From an uncultured delta proteobacterium (GTDB lineage: Bacteria; Myxococcota; Myxococcia; Myxococcales; Anaeromyxobacteraceae): a stretch of 64,000 bases of DNA. Below, piece after piece: positions 1-11,747 of the stretch. The notes under the pieces were generated by a model. That model ran no database searches, was not told where the DNA came from, and saw nothing but the letters and a program-made list of their open reading frames with translations. The position numbers and the translations under genes are program-made. Numbering within the stretch: the stretch's first letter is position 1; each line of letters starts with the position of its first letter. The DNA is taken from the NCBI GenBank assembly GCA_963766715.1, contig CAVYBH010000013.1:1-64000 (forward strand). Direction: 5' to 3'.

Positions 1-1346
<1,346 letters not shown>

Positions 1347-1350
<4 letters not shown>

Positions 1351-2120
1351 GACTGACGCTCGAGATCTGGCGCCAGAAGGACGCCCAGGACGCTGGCCGC
1401 TTCGCCCGGTACGACCTGCCCGACGTGAGCGAGCACATGTCGTTCCTGGAGATGCTCGACGTCCTCAACCAGGAGCTGATCGCCAAGGGCGAGGAGCCGG
1501 TGGCGTTCGACAGCGACTGCCGCGAGGGCATCTGCGGCATGTGCGGGTTCGTGGTGAACGGGTACCCGCATGGCCCGCAGCCGCGCACCACCGTGTGCCA
1601 GCTGCACATGCGCTACTTCCACGACGGTGAGGTCCTGCGCCTCGAGCCCTTCCGGGCCAAGGCGTTCCCCATCATCAAGGACCTGGCGATCGACCGGAGC
1701 GCGCTCGACCGCGTCGTCATGGCGGGCGGGTACGTCTCCATCAACGCCGGCGGCCCCCGGGACGCGAACAGCATCCTCGTCGGCAAGAAGGAGTCGGATC
1801 TGTCGATGGACGCCGCCTCCTGCATCGGCTGCGGCGCCTGCGTGGCCGCCTGCCCGAACGCGTCGGCCTCCCTCTTCGCCGGCGGGAAGATCTCGCACCT
1901 CGGGCTCCTGCCCCAGGGCGAGCCGGAGCGGAAGACGCGCGCGCTCAACATGGTCGAGCGCCACGCCGAGGAGGGCTTCGGCGGCTGCACGGTCATCGGC
2001 GCCTGCGCCGAGGCCTGCCCGAAGGGGCTGAAGCTCGACTTCATCGCCCGGATGAACAAGGACTACCTCGCCGGGACGCTCACGTTCCGCGAGGAGGCAG
2101 CGGGAGGCGGAGCCGGCTAG
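1347..2120 (+). CDS. sdhB: Succinate dehydrogenase/fumarate reductase iron-sulfur subunit
   Basis: GTG start overlaps the sdh[14 protein letters not shown] (2Fe-2S), [12 protein letters not shown] and [12 protein letters not shown] motifs. Confidence 0.95.
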
Positions 2121-2180
2121 ACCGGCGCGCCAGCCTGCGGTAGGAGACGCCCGTGCGGAATCTCGCGCGGGCGTCTTCTT

Positions 2181-2435
2181 TTGCGGGCAGCCCTCCTCCT
2201 GGTCGGGGGAGGATTCATGGCGTGGCGCGCCTGGGAGACCCGGCAGGCCGCTCTCGTCCAGACCGGGGCGTCCCGGGTGCTGGGCGAGCGGCTCTCGCTG
2301 GTGATGGCGCTGGTGGCGGCGCTGGCGCTCCTCACCGCCGGGGTGGTGACCTGGCAGCTGCGGCGCCGCGAACGGCGCCACAGCCTCCACCTGCCGGGGA
2401 CTACGAGGCCGCCTCCTCCCAGCGATGATCCTTGA
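2181..2435 (+). CDS. Small hypothetical membrane protein (2 TM)
   Basis: Two hydrophobic segments followed by RRRERR; start uncertain, possibly GTG 2153 with a frameshift. Confidence 0.5.
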   Translation: MRAALLLVGGGFMAWRAWETRQAALVQTGASRVLGERLSLVMALVAALALLTAGVVTWQLRRRERRHSLHLPGTTRPPPPSDDP

Positions 2436-4026
2436 ACTGCTCGCGCAGGGCGGCCTTCATGAACTTGCCGGTCGCGTTGCGCGGGATGGCGTCCACGTAG
2501 AGGAAGGCGTCGGGTAGCCAGTAGCGCGCGAAGAGCGGCGTGAGGTACTCGCGGAGCTCGTGCGGGGTGGCCTTGGCCGCCTCCTTCAGGACCACGGCCG
2601 CCACGGGGCGCTCGCCCCAGCGCGGGTGCGGGACCGCCACCACCGCCGCCTCCTTCACCGCGGGGTGGGCCATCAGCGCGTTCTCGAGGTCCACCGAGCT
2701 GATCCACTCGCCGCCCGACTTGATGAGGTCCTTGGAGCGGTCGGTGATGCGGACGTAGCCCTCGGGGTCGACCGTGACGATGTCGCCCGTCCGGAACCAG
2801 CCGTCCATGGTGAACTTGTCGGCCTCGGCCGGGTTCTGGAAGTAGCTCTTCGCGACCCAGGGGCCGCGGACCTGGAGCTCGCCCATCGACTTGCCGTCCC
2901 AGGGCGTGGGCCCGTTCTCCCCGACCACCCGGGTGTCGACGAGCGGAACGGGGAGACCCTGCGCGGCGCGCATCGCGAGCCTGGCCTCTTCCGGGGCCGC
3001 CTCCAGGTGGGGCTTGAGCCGGCTCACCGTCCCGAGCGGCGTGGTCTCGGTCATGCCCCAGGCGTGGATCACCTTGAGGCCGTGCCGCTTCTCGAACCCC
3101 TCGATCATGAACTTCGGGGCCGCGGCCCCCCCGACGATCATCGCCTTCAGGGAGGAGGTGTCCCAGACGCCCGGATTGCGGTCCAGCTCGTCGAGGATCC
3201 CCAGCCAGACGGTGGGGACGCCGGCCGTGAAGGTCACCTTCTCCCGCTGGAAGAGGTCGAGGACGCTCTTGGCGTCGAGGTGCGGGCCGGGGAAGACCTG
3301 CTTCGCGCCCACCATGGCCGACGTGAACGGGAGTCCCCAGGCGTTCACGTGGAACATGGGAACCACCGGCAGCATCGCGTCGCCGAAGGAGAGCCCGAGC
3401 GCGTCGGGGAGCGCCGAGACGAGGGAGTGGAGCACGAGCGCGCGGTGGGAGTAGACGACGCCCTTCGGGCGGCCGGTGGTGCCGGAGGTGTAGCAGAGCC
3501 CCGCCGCCTGGTTCTCCTCGATCTTCGGGAAGGCGAAGGTGTTCATCTCGGGCTCGATCATCTGCTCGTAGTCGATGGCCCAGTCGGGCGCGACGTGGCC
3601 GTGGGTCCAGACCACGACGGCGTGCAGGTTCACGTCCTTGTGGTAGCGCTCGTAGACGGGGAGCAGCACGTCGTCCACGAGGAGGAACCGATCCCCGGCG
3701 TGGTTCATGATGTAGGCCAGGTCCTGGGGCGACAGGCGGGGGTTGAGCGTGTGGAGCACGCCGCCCGCCAGGGGGATCGCGAAGTAGGCCTCGAGGTGGC
3801 GTCCGTGGTTCCACGCGAGCGTCGCCACCCGATCGCCCGGCTGGAGCCCGAGCCGGACGAGCGCGTTCGCCAGCTTCTGCACCCGCTTGTGGAATTCGCC
3901 GTAGCTCGAGCGGTGGATCGACTTGTCGGGCCACCGGGAGACGATCTCGACGTCGGGGAAGTACTTGCCGACGCGCTCGAAGATGGGCAGCAGGGTCAGG
4001 TCGTAGTCCATCATCAGGCCGTTCAT
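2401..4026 (-). CDS. Medium/long-chain fatty-acid--CoA ligase (AlkK/DmdB-like AMP-binding enzyme)
   Basis: [19 protein letters not shown] and KSGGEWISS motifs. Confidence 0.92.
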   Translation of the reverse strand: MNGLMMDYDLTLLPIFERVGKYFPDVEIVSRWPDKSIHRSSYGEFHKRVQKLANALVRLGLQPGDRVATLAWNHGRHLEAYFAIPLAGGVLHTLNPRLSPQDLAYIMNHAGDRFLLVDDVLLPVYERYHKDVNLHAVVVWTHGHVAPDWAIDYEQMIEPEMNTFAFPKIEENQAAGLCYTSGTTGRPKGVVYSHRALVLHSLVSALPDALGLSFGDAMLPVVPMFHVNAWGLPFTSAMVGAKQVFPGPHLDAKSVLDLFQREKVTFTAGVPTVWLGILDELDRNPGVWDTSSLKAMIVGGAAAPKFMIEGFEKRHGLKVIHAWGMTETTPLGTVSRLKPHLEAAPEEARLAMRAAQGLPVPLVDTRVVGENGPTPWDGKSMGELQVRGPWVAKSYFQNPAEADKFTMDGWFRTGDIVTVDPEGYVRITDRSKDLIKSGGEWISSVDLENALMAHPAVKEAAVVAVPHPRWGERPVAAVVLKEAAKATPHELREYLTPLFARYWLPDAFLYVDAIPRNATGKFMKAALREQFKDHRWEEAAS

Positions 4027-4134
4027 GGAGCCTCCGATGCGATGTGGGGAAGTCGGGACAGGATCGGAAAGTTATCGGTTTCCGCGAGGCGCGGCCATCC
4101 CCCCGCGCTAAGCTTCCCGCACCGGGGGTTCGCC

Positions 4135-5853
4135 ATGGACACCGCTCGACTCGATTCCGACCTGTCCACGCTGGCCGCTCACGCGGACGAGTGGGCCCGG
4201 CTTCCGCTTCCCGAGAAGATCCGGATGCTCCGCGCCGTCCGGGAGGGCGTCGGGCGCGTGGCCGAGCGCTGGGTGGAGGCCGCCGTCCGGGCCAAGGGGA
4301 TTCCCCCCGGCTCGCCCTGGGCCGGCGAGGAATGGATGAGCGGCCCGTACTCGCTCCTCTTCGGGATCGCCGCGCTGGAGCGGACGCTCGAGCGCCTGGC
4401 CCGGGGCGAATCCCCCCTCCCCTCGCCGGGCGCGATCCGCACGCGCCCGGACGGCCAGGTGGTGGTCGACGTCTTCCCGGTCGACGCCTACGACCGGATC
4501 CTCCACTCCGGCGTGCGCGCCGAGGTCTGGATGGAGCCGGGCGTGACCGCCGGCGAGCTTCGCGACCACATGGCTTCCTTCTACCGGCGGGAGACGCCGG
4601 CGGGCCGGGTGGCGCTGGTGCTCGGAGCCGGGAACATCTCCTCCATCGCGCCGCTCGACCTCCTCCACGAGCTCTACGCCGAGGGAGCGGTGGCGGTGGT
4701 GAAGATGAACCCGGTGAACGCCTACCTGGAGCCGTTCTTCGCGGACGCCTTCGCGCCCTTCCTGGAGCGCGGCTTCGTGCGCTTCGCCTCCGGGGGCGCC
4801 GACGTGGGCGCCTTCCTGGCCGATCACCCGCTCGTCCAGGAGATCCACATCACGGGGAGCGACCGGACCCACGACGCCATCCGCTTCGGGACCGGCCCCG
4901 AGGGCGAGGAGCGAAAGCGCCGGGGCGAGCCCCTGAACCGGCGCCGCATCACCGCGGAGCTGGGGGGCGTCGGCCCCACCATCGTGGTCCCCGGCGCGTG
5001 GAGCCAGGCCGACCTGCGCTTCCACGCCGAGCACGTCGTCTCCCAGAAGATGCACAACGGCGGCTTCAACTGCATCGCGTCCCAGGTGCTCGTGCTGTCC
5101 CGCGACTGGCCGCAGCGCGAGGCGTTCCTGGAGGCCGTGCGGGAGACCTTCCATTCGGTCCCGGCGCGAACCCCCTACTACCCGGGAGCGGCCGACCGGC
5201 AGGCCAGGGCGGTCTCGGCCCACCCCACGGCGGAGCTGCTCGACGCGCCCGGGACGGCCCAGGTCCCCCGGACGCTCATCCCCGGGATCGACCCGGCCGA
5301 CCTGAACGCCCACGCCTTCCGGGAGGAGTTCTTCGGCGGCGTGCTCGCCGAGACCTCCCTTCCGGGGAGCGGGCCCGCCGGGTTCCTCGACCAGGCCGTG
5401 CGCTTCGCGAACGACCGGCTGCACGGGACCCTCGGCTCGAACCTCATCGTCGACCCGGCCACCGAGCGGGCGCTGGGACCGCAGATGGACGCCGCCATCG
5501 CCGCCCTGCGCTACGGCTCGGTGAGCGTGAATACCTGGGCGGGCGTGGCCTACTTCCTGCCCCAGGCCACCTGGGGCGCGTTCCCGGGGCATACCGACGC
5601 CGACATCCAGAGCGGCCGGGGCGTGGTCCACAACTCCCTGCTCTTCGACCGCCCGCAGAAGACGGTCGTCACGGGCCGGTTCCGGCCGTTTCCCCGGGCC
5701 TGGCTCTCCGGGGACCTCCACCTCGGGCCCAAGCCGCCCTGGTTCGTGACCCACCGGAGCGCGGACGAGGTCGGCCGGCTGCTCACCCGCTTCGCCGCGA
5801 AGCCCAGCCTGGGCCAGCTTCCGGCCATCGTCGCCACGGCGCTGAAGGGCTGA
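4135..5853 (+). CDS. Aldehyde dehydrogenase family protein (atypical long form)
   Basis: HITGS, ELGG, catalytic FNCIA and EEFFGG motifs; ATG 4135 lies within the 2560..5853 ORF. Confidence 0.85.
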   Translation: MDTARLDSDLSTLAAHADEWARLPLPEKIRMLRAVREGVGRVAERWVEAAVRAKGIPPGSPWAGEEWMSGPYSLLFGIAALERTLERLARGESPLPSPGAIRTRPDGQVVVDVFPVDAYDRILHSGVRAEVWMEPGVTAGELRDHMASFYRRETPAGRVALVLGAGNISSIAPLDLLHELYAEGAVAVVKMNPVNAYLEPFFADAFAPFLERGFVRFASGGADVGAFLADHPLVQEIHITGSDRTHDAIRFGTGPEGEERKRRGEPLNRRRITAELGGVGPTIVVPGAWSQADLRFHAEHVVSQKMHNGGFNCIASQVLVLSRDWPQREAFLEAVRETFHSVPARTPYYPGAADRQARAVSAHPTAELLDAPGTAQVPRTLIPGIDPADLNAHAFREEFFGGVLAETSLPGSGPAGFLDQAVRFANDRLHGTLGSNLIVDPATERALGPQMDAAIAALRYGSVSVNTWAGVAYFLPQATWGAFPGHTDADIQSGRGVVHNSLLFDRPQKTVVTGRFRPFPRAWLSGDLHLGPKPPWFVTHRSADEVGRLLTRFAAKPSLGQLPAIVATALKG

Positions 5854-5865
5854 GCGGAAGTCGCG

Positions 5866-7516
5866 TCAGTAGATGCGGGCCACGTCGGCCCCGGAGAAGT
5901 AGGCCCGGAGGATCTGGCGGTGGTCCTGTCCCGCGGCGGCCCGGCCGATCGCGCCCCACTGGCACATGCCCACCCCGTGCCCCCACCCTCCGCCTCGGAA
6001 CGCCCAGCCTTCCGCGTCGGGCGAGAGCAGGAACATGGACGACGGGAGGTCGCCGAGGAGGCGGCGGATGCGCAGCTCGCCGTGCACGGTGGCGCTTCCC
6101 CGCTCCCCGTCCACCCGGAGCGAGACGACGCGCCCCGAAGCGCCCCGGGCGACCACCGCGAGGTGGTCCACCGCGCCCACGCCGAGCGGGGCGAGCATCG
6201 CGTCGAGCCGGGACGAGGGGATGCGCCGCTCCCACCGGTAGCGATCCGGCCTCGCCCCGGGCGCGCGGGCGCACCAGGCGAGCCGGGGCATCGGCGAGGA
6301 ACGCGGCCACCCTCGGCTCCGTCCCGAGCCCGCCCGCCCACGGCGAGGCGTCCGGGGCATCCAGGTCGGGCCGGCCGCGCAGGCTCGAGCTGGGCGTCCC
6401 GCCCCACACCGCGTCGTTGTCCTCCCCGTGCCCTCCGCACATCGCCGAGTAGACCCCGTCGACCAGCCGCCCGTCGGAGAGGGCGAAGACCGCCTCCCCG
6501 GCGGTTGCCCGCACGGCGGCGTCGGTGGCGGCCACCTGCGCTCCCTCGCCCTTGTAGGCCTGGCAATGCACGTCGCTGCAGATCGACCAGGGGTCGCCGA
6601 GGTGCCGGGTGCCGATCTGCGCGAGGACGTTCGACCGGGCGGTCACGGCCTGGGCCCGGAGCGCCTCCTGTGGGGCCCCGGCGGGCATCTCGCTCGGGAC
6701 GAGGCCGCGCAGGAGCTCCTCCATGGGCAGCCCCAGCACGGCGGCCATCCGACCGCCCGCGTCGACCGTCAGGTACAGCCGGCCCCGGAAGGCGCGGTCG
6801 TCCAGCGTGAAGCCGTCGGCCCGGCCATCGAGCACGGCGACCCGATCGCCCGAGGCCAGCACCTCCCCTTTCGGCCCGAGGATCTCCACCTGGCCGGCCG
6901 GCCGCACCAGCACCTCGACGCTCGTCTCCGGCCGCTCGCCGAAGCGGCGCCAGGCGTCGGCGGAGAACGCCGCCGCGCTGGCCTCGTCGAAGGCGCCGTC
7001 GGCGAGCACCAGGGTTCGCCGGTTGTCGATCACGTGGCCGCCGATCCCGTAGACGCCACCGATGGCCTGGGTTCGGGTGGGAACGCCCCGGGCCTCCCAC
7101 AGCAATCGGGCCCGATCGACGCCGGCGCGATCCCGCGCCTCGAACTGGGCCAGGAGCGGGCGCAGGCTCACGGTCGCCGGCACCGCCCTGCGGACCCGGG
7201 CCCGGAGGCGCGTCCCGGCGGCGACCGGCAGCGGCGCTGCGCCACGCGGCTCCAGCCTGGACGGGCCCCGCGTCACCACCGTCACCTCGTCCCGGTCCTG
7301 GAGGAGGCGGATGTGGACGACCGGCGCGCCCGCCGAGAAGTCGAGCCGGTGCCCCCAGAGCAGCTCGATGGGATCCCCGGGAAGCGGCGTTCCCCCGTCG
7401 AGCGGCGCCTCGGCGGCGTGCGGGGGCGGCAGCGGAGGAGGAAGGTCGCCGGTGGCCCCGGCGGGGGCGAGCCCCGCGAGCGCCGCGAGGAGCGCGGCGA
7501 GGGGGCTCCCGATCAC
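5866..7516 (-). CDS. SpoIID/LytB-domain peptidoglycan lytic protein (frameshift near 6280)
   Basis: Signal peptide; LVPSEMP..EALRAQAVTARS and CQAYKG motifs; C-terminal GWGHGVGMCQWGA lies in the 5866..6360 frame. Confidence 0.88.
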
Positions 7517-8049
7517 GCGAACAGGCCGAGCCGCTGGCTCTTGCGGGAGGCGAGCACCTCGAGCCGCGTCGCGATCTCGTGTCCGCCGGCGAACTCACCG
7601 GCCCTGCGCAGCCGGTTGGCGGCATCGGCGAGGAGCGCGCGCTCCTCCGCCTCCTGCTCGCGGAGCCCCTCGACCATCAACGACACCTCGTCGGCGAGGT
7701 CGACGAGCAGGTCGCGGCGGCGAAGCGGGCGAGGCAGGGAGAGGTCTCCGGCCCCCACCCGGCGGCAGGCGTGGGCGAGCGCCACCGCCGGCCCGGCCAC
7801 GCGGTGGGTGAGGATGACCGACAGGACCAGCAGCCCCGGGACCGCGCCGGCGAGCGCCGCGCCCAGCAGGAGCCCGGGGCCGGCGTCCTGGCCCGCGGTC
7901 CAGACCATGACGGCCAGCCCGCTCCCGATGGCGGTCGCGACGACGAGCATGTAGCTCACGAGCCGCAGCTGGATGGCCGGGTCGACCAGGTAGTTCCGCA
8001 GCCGCCGCTTGCCCATTCCACCCGCGTCCCGCTGTCCGTCGCTGCTCAT
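7513..8049 (-). CDS. HAMP-domain membrane protein
   Basis: RRLRNYLVDPAIQLR, two TM helices, THRVAGP...GDL...LRRRD HAMP-like segment; stop overlaps the SpoIID start. Confidence 0.7.
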   Translation of the reverse strand: MSSDGQRDAGGMGKRRLRNYLVDPAIQLRLVSYMLVVATAIGSGLAVMVWTAGQDAGPGLLLGAALAGAVPGLLVLSVILTHRVAGPAVALAHACRRVGAGDLSLPRPLRRRDLLVDLADEVSLMVEGLREQEAEERALLADAANRLRRAGEFAGGHEIATRLEVLASRKSQRLGLFA

Positions 8050-8069
8050 GAGGACCTCCGGGGACGAAT

Positions 8070-9001
8070 CTACCCCCTGGGTGGCTTCGATCCAGGATTG
8101 TGCCCGCCCTCCGCCCTCTCCCGGAAGGCGCGGTGGATGCGCCAGGTCAGCGGCCCGGGGCGGCCGGACCCGATCGGGCGTTCCCCGACCCGGACGACGG
8201 GAAGGACCTCGCGCGCCGTGGAGGTGAGGAAGCACTCGTCGGCGGACCCCAGCGCGGCGAGCGGCAGCGGCCGTTCCTGGACGGGCAGGCCGAGGTTCCG
8301 GGCCAGGTCGAGGACGAGCGCACGGGTGACGCCGGCCAGGATGCCGGCCCCCAGGGGCGGCGTCTCCACGACGCCCTCCCGCACCGCGAAGACGTTGGAG
8401 CTCGCCCCCTCGGTGACGCAGCCCGCCCCGTCGACCAGGAGCGCCTCGTGCGCGCCGTGCGCCCGGGCCTCCCGCATGGCGAGGACGTGGAAGAGGTGCT
8501 CGCCGGTCTTCGCCGCCGGGTCGCCTCCGCGCCGGGGGGCGCCCGGTCCGCCGAAGGGCCACGCCGCGACCCCCTCCCGGTACGCCGCGTGCGGAGGGCC
8601 GCGGAGCGGCAGGGCGATGAGGACCACGGTGGGCGCGAGCGCCAGTCCCGGGATCCAGGCCGAGCTCGCCGGCGCCGCGGGTGACGATCAGCCGGACCGC
8701 TCGCTCGCCCACGTTCCAGGGCGCTGCCTCGGGGTCGAGCGTCGTCGCCCCCCAGCGAGGCCTCCACCACCTTCCGGAGCTCGCCGTCGAACCGCTCGGC
8801 CGTCCACGGCAACCGAAGGGCGATCCGCTCCGCGGACGAGGCCAGGCGGGCCAGGTGCGGCCCGACCTCGAACGGCGCGCGGTGGTAGGTGCGGATGACC
8901 TCGTAGACGCTGTCCCCGTAGAGGAATCCCCGGTCGAAGACCGAGACCCGGGCCTCCCCGGCAGGGACGAGCACGCCGTCGATGTTCACCGCGCCGTTCA
9001 T
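8070..9001 (-). CDS. Aminotransferase class IV (branched-chain/D-amino-acid aminotransferase or ADC lyase), frameshifted
   Basis: DRGFLYGDSVYE, EGASSNVF, ILAGVTR and DECFLTST motifs spread over three frames (shifts near 8725 and 8640). Confidence 0.88.
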
Positions 9002-9011
9002 GGTCGGAATC

Positions 9012-9040
9012 TTGACCTCGAGATCATGAACCGATATCAC
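9012..9040 (+). promoter_or_regulatory. Putative sigma70 promoter
   Basis: TTGACC-17 nt-TATCAC, 10 nt upstream of ATG 9051. Confidence 0.55.
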
Positions 9041-9050
9041 CAGATGACAA

Positions 9051-9398
9051 ATGGAATCGCTCGTCGAGTGCACGCAGTGCGGCGTCCTCATGACCAGCTG
9101 GAGCGCTGCCGGTTCCCCCACCCGCTACTACCAGTGCCCGTTCTGCAAGCGGACCCTGTGCTCGGCCTACGGCGAGGTCTTCGAGCGCGGGACGCTGGGG
9201 CGAAAGGTCGGCTCGCCCTCCCGCACCTCGGCGGGCGGCGACCCCTCGTCGTCGCTCACCCCGGACGACAAGCGCTGGCGCGAGCTGAAGGGGCGCGCGG
9301 CCCGGTGGTTCGCCCGCCTGGAGGCGGAGGGCCACCGCCGCGAGCCAGTCGCGCGCGTCGCGACCGTCGCCGTCGCTGCGAGCCGCGCCCGGGCCTGA
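9051..9398 (+). CDS. Small zinc-ribbon hypothetical protein
   Basis: CTQC...CPFC pair; has its own promoter-like element. Confidence 0.7.
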   Translation: MESLVECTQCGVLMTSWSAAGSPTRYYQCPFCKRTLCSAYGEVFERGTLGRKVGSPSRTSAGGDPSSSLTPDDKRWRELKGRAARWFARLEAEGHRREPVARVATVAVAASRARA

Positions 9399-9404
9399 CG
9401 GACC

Positions 9405-9912
9405 TCACGGCGGGGCGCCGGCCAGGTCGAGGCAGCCGCGCCAGCCGGACGCCTCCATGGCCTGGCGCATCAGCGCATACTCTCCGTAAAGCCTGGGATC
9501 GCCCTCCCGCACGCCCCACGCGTGCCCCAGCTCGTGGAAGATCACCGAGCGCTCGATGCAGTCGGCGCCGGCGAAGGGCTGCACGAGGATGAGCCGGTGC
9601 TGGGGGCAGGCCCAGCCGAAGTAGTCGATCCCGTCGACGACGTGCGTGACCGGCGCGCCGGCGACGTCGTGGTCGACGTGGGCGATCGGCTCGGTGCCGA
9701 ACTCGACCGTCCACCCTTCCGGCGCGCTCCCCAGCCCCCAGTACCTCGTGGCGATCGTCGAGGACGTGGTCGGCCCGGACCTGCGACACGGTGAGCCCGT
9801 CGCGCCCGATCCAGCAGACCCCGCCCGCCTCGACCCCTGCGCAGGGGACGGACCCGCCACAGGCGGTGAGCGCCAGGGCGGAGAGGAAGGCGATCGCGGC
9901 GATTCGGGACAT
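9405..9912 (-). CDS. Hypothetical lipoprotein with HExxH zinc-metalloprotease motif (frameshift near 9760)
   Basis: MSRIAAIAFLSALALTAC lipobox in one frame; continues as ...VIFHELGHAWG... in the 9405..10016 frame. Confidence 0.65.
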
Positions 9913-10061
9913 CTCGAGGTGGGGTATTGCCTGCGCCGTGCCTGGCCGGATCGCGCAACCAGGGCGGTTTTCCCCGGGTCGCGCTCGACCCGAGGACGTC
10001 CTCGCCGCTGCACCACGGGTGCGTGTCGGGCCGACGGGGGACTGGGGGGATGTGGGTGCGC

Positions 10062-11566
10062 TCAGGCGATGCGTCGCTGGCCGGGCGCGTGCCAGGCCGG
10101 GTTCCGTTCGTGCATCGCGGCCAGCAGGCCGACCATCCGGTCCATGACGCGGACCGGGCTCGAGCCTCCTCCGACCGCCTCGTAGATCCCTGCCGCCACC
10201 ACGTGTGCGGCGTAGGCCCCGGCCATGAGCTTCCCGGAGACCGCCGGCGTGACCCCGGCGCCCCGGGCCGCGGCGCCGCCGTCCCGGAGATCCTTTCGCA
10301 GGCCGGCGACGATCTCCTCGTCCCGGTTCCGCCAGTCCTGGATCTCGCCGAGGGCCCGTCCCTCCAGCGCCCCCAGCCTCGTCCGGACGATCGCCCGCGC
10401 CACCGTCGCCGCCGACGCCCGGGCCACCTTCGCGGTCACCGCCGTCTCTCCGAGCTGGATCTGCCCGAGGTCCCTGTCGGCCTCGGCCACGAGCCGGTCG
10501 GCCCATCGCGAGGCGCCGTCGAAGGACAGGAGCCTCACGGTCTCCGCGGCGAGGTAGGCGCGCGCGATGTCGGCCGGATGCGGGTCCTCCGGGCGCCCCG
10601 CGTTTCGCAAGGACGGCGTCCCGTTCCACGCGCCGTTGAGCGCGCGGAAGTAGCCGACGAGCCCGACGGCCGCGGCCGGACCCATGTTCAGGATCCCGAG
10701 GACGTCGGCGGCCGACTCGTCGATCCGCTCCGCCCAGTAGCCGGCGACGTCCTGGCCCATCCGTTCCTCCAGGAGCCGGTCCTTCACCGCCTGCGCGAGC
10801 TCGTCGCGGAGGCCGTCGTCGGCCGCGAGCACGTCGTGGCCCGCCGTCTCGTGCGCCAGGGCCGGCCAGGCGAGCAGGCCGCCCCGGGCATTGGCCGCGG
10901 GAAGGCTCACCACCGCCGCGCTCACGTCGTACGTCCCGGTGAGGGTGGCCGGCCAGGTGTACGGGCCCGCCTCGGCGCTTCCCCAGCGGACGAGGGGCGG
11001 CACCACGCCGTGATCCGGAGGCTTCACGCCGCGCCGGTCCTCGGCGGAGAGGAACCCGTCGTAGAGATCGCTCACGACCTCCTGGAAGGCGGCCGTCGCC
11101 CGCCCCTCGTAGCCCTCGGCCCGCTGCAGGAGCGCCTGGGAGACGTCGAGCAGGAGCCGCGCCTCCCCTTGCCGCCCCGGGTCCATCGCGAGGACCCGCG
11201 CGAATCCTCCGGGCCCCATGCCGTCGAGGGCCCGGAGCAGCGGCTCTCCCACGGCCAGGCGGTACGCGTCCGGAACCTTGGCGCAGGCCTTCTCGACGCG
11301 CCCGCGGAGCGTGGCGAAGAAGGTGGGATCCGGAGGCCCGTTCGCCGAGGACACGGCCGCGCCCATCGCCTCCTCGATGCAGGCCTGGAGCCCTGCGAGC
11401 GACAGGGGATTCGCGGCCGTGCGCTCCACGGGGCGGGCCAGCGCGACACCCGCGGCGCTGCTCGACGCGTCGCGACCCCGGGCCGGAGCTGGGCTCGGCT
11501 CGGGGTCGGGAAGACCGGCGTGCGGTTCGACGGAAGATGCGGCTGACGGACGGAGCTCGGGAACAA
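10062..11566 (-). CDS. Hypothetical protein with HExxGH metal-binding motif
   Basis: Protein-like frame containing LAHETAGHD, IDESAAD and DPHP; start uncertain (SD-linked TTG 11566 is out of frame; an internal ATG is also possible). Confidence 0.75.
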
Positions 11567-11599
11567 GTGAACCTCCTCGGACGTGGAGCCGGCCACACT

Positions 11600-11615
11600 T
11601 GCGACCGCCATGCCG
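11600..11615 (-). promoter_or_regulatory. Putative sigma54 -24/-12 promoter
   Basis: CGGCATGGCGGTCGCA = GG-N10-GC, upstream of a GAGGAGGT Shine-Dalgarno at 11571-11578. Confidence 0.45.
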
Positions 11616-11747
11616 AGCGGGAGCCACGACGCTCCTCGCGATCGAGGCGCCCTCGGCGCGGCCTGCAGCGGCCGCGCGCCGGACCGGCCCGACCTTCCGG
11701 TCCCGTGCCCCGGGATCCGGCTCCGGTGCTACCCTGACCGGATGCCG

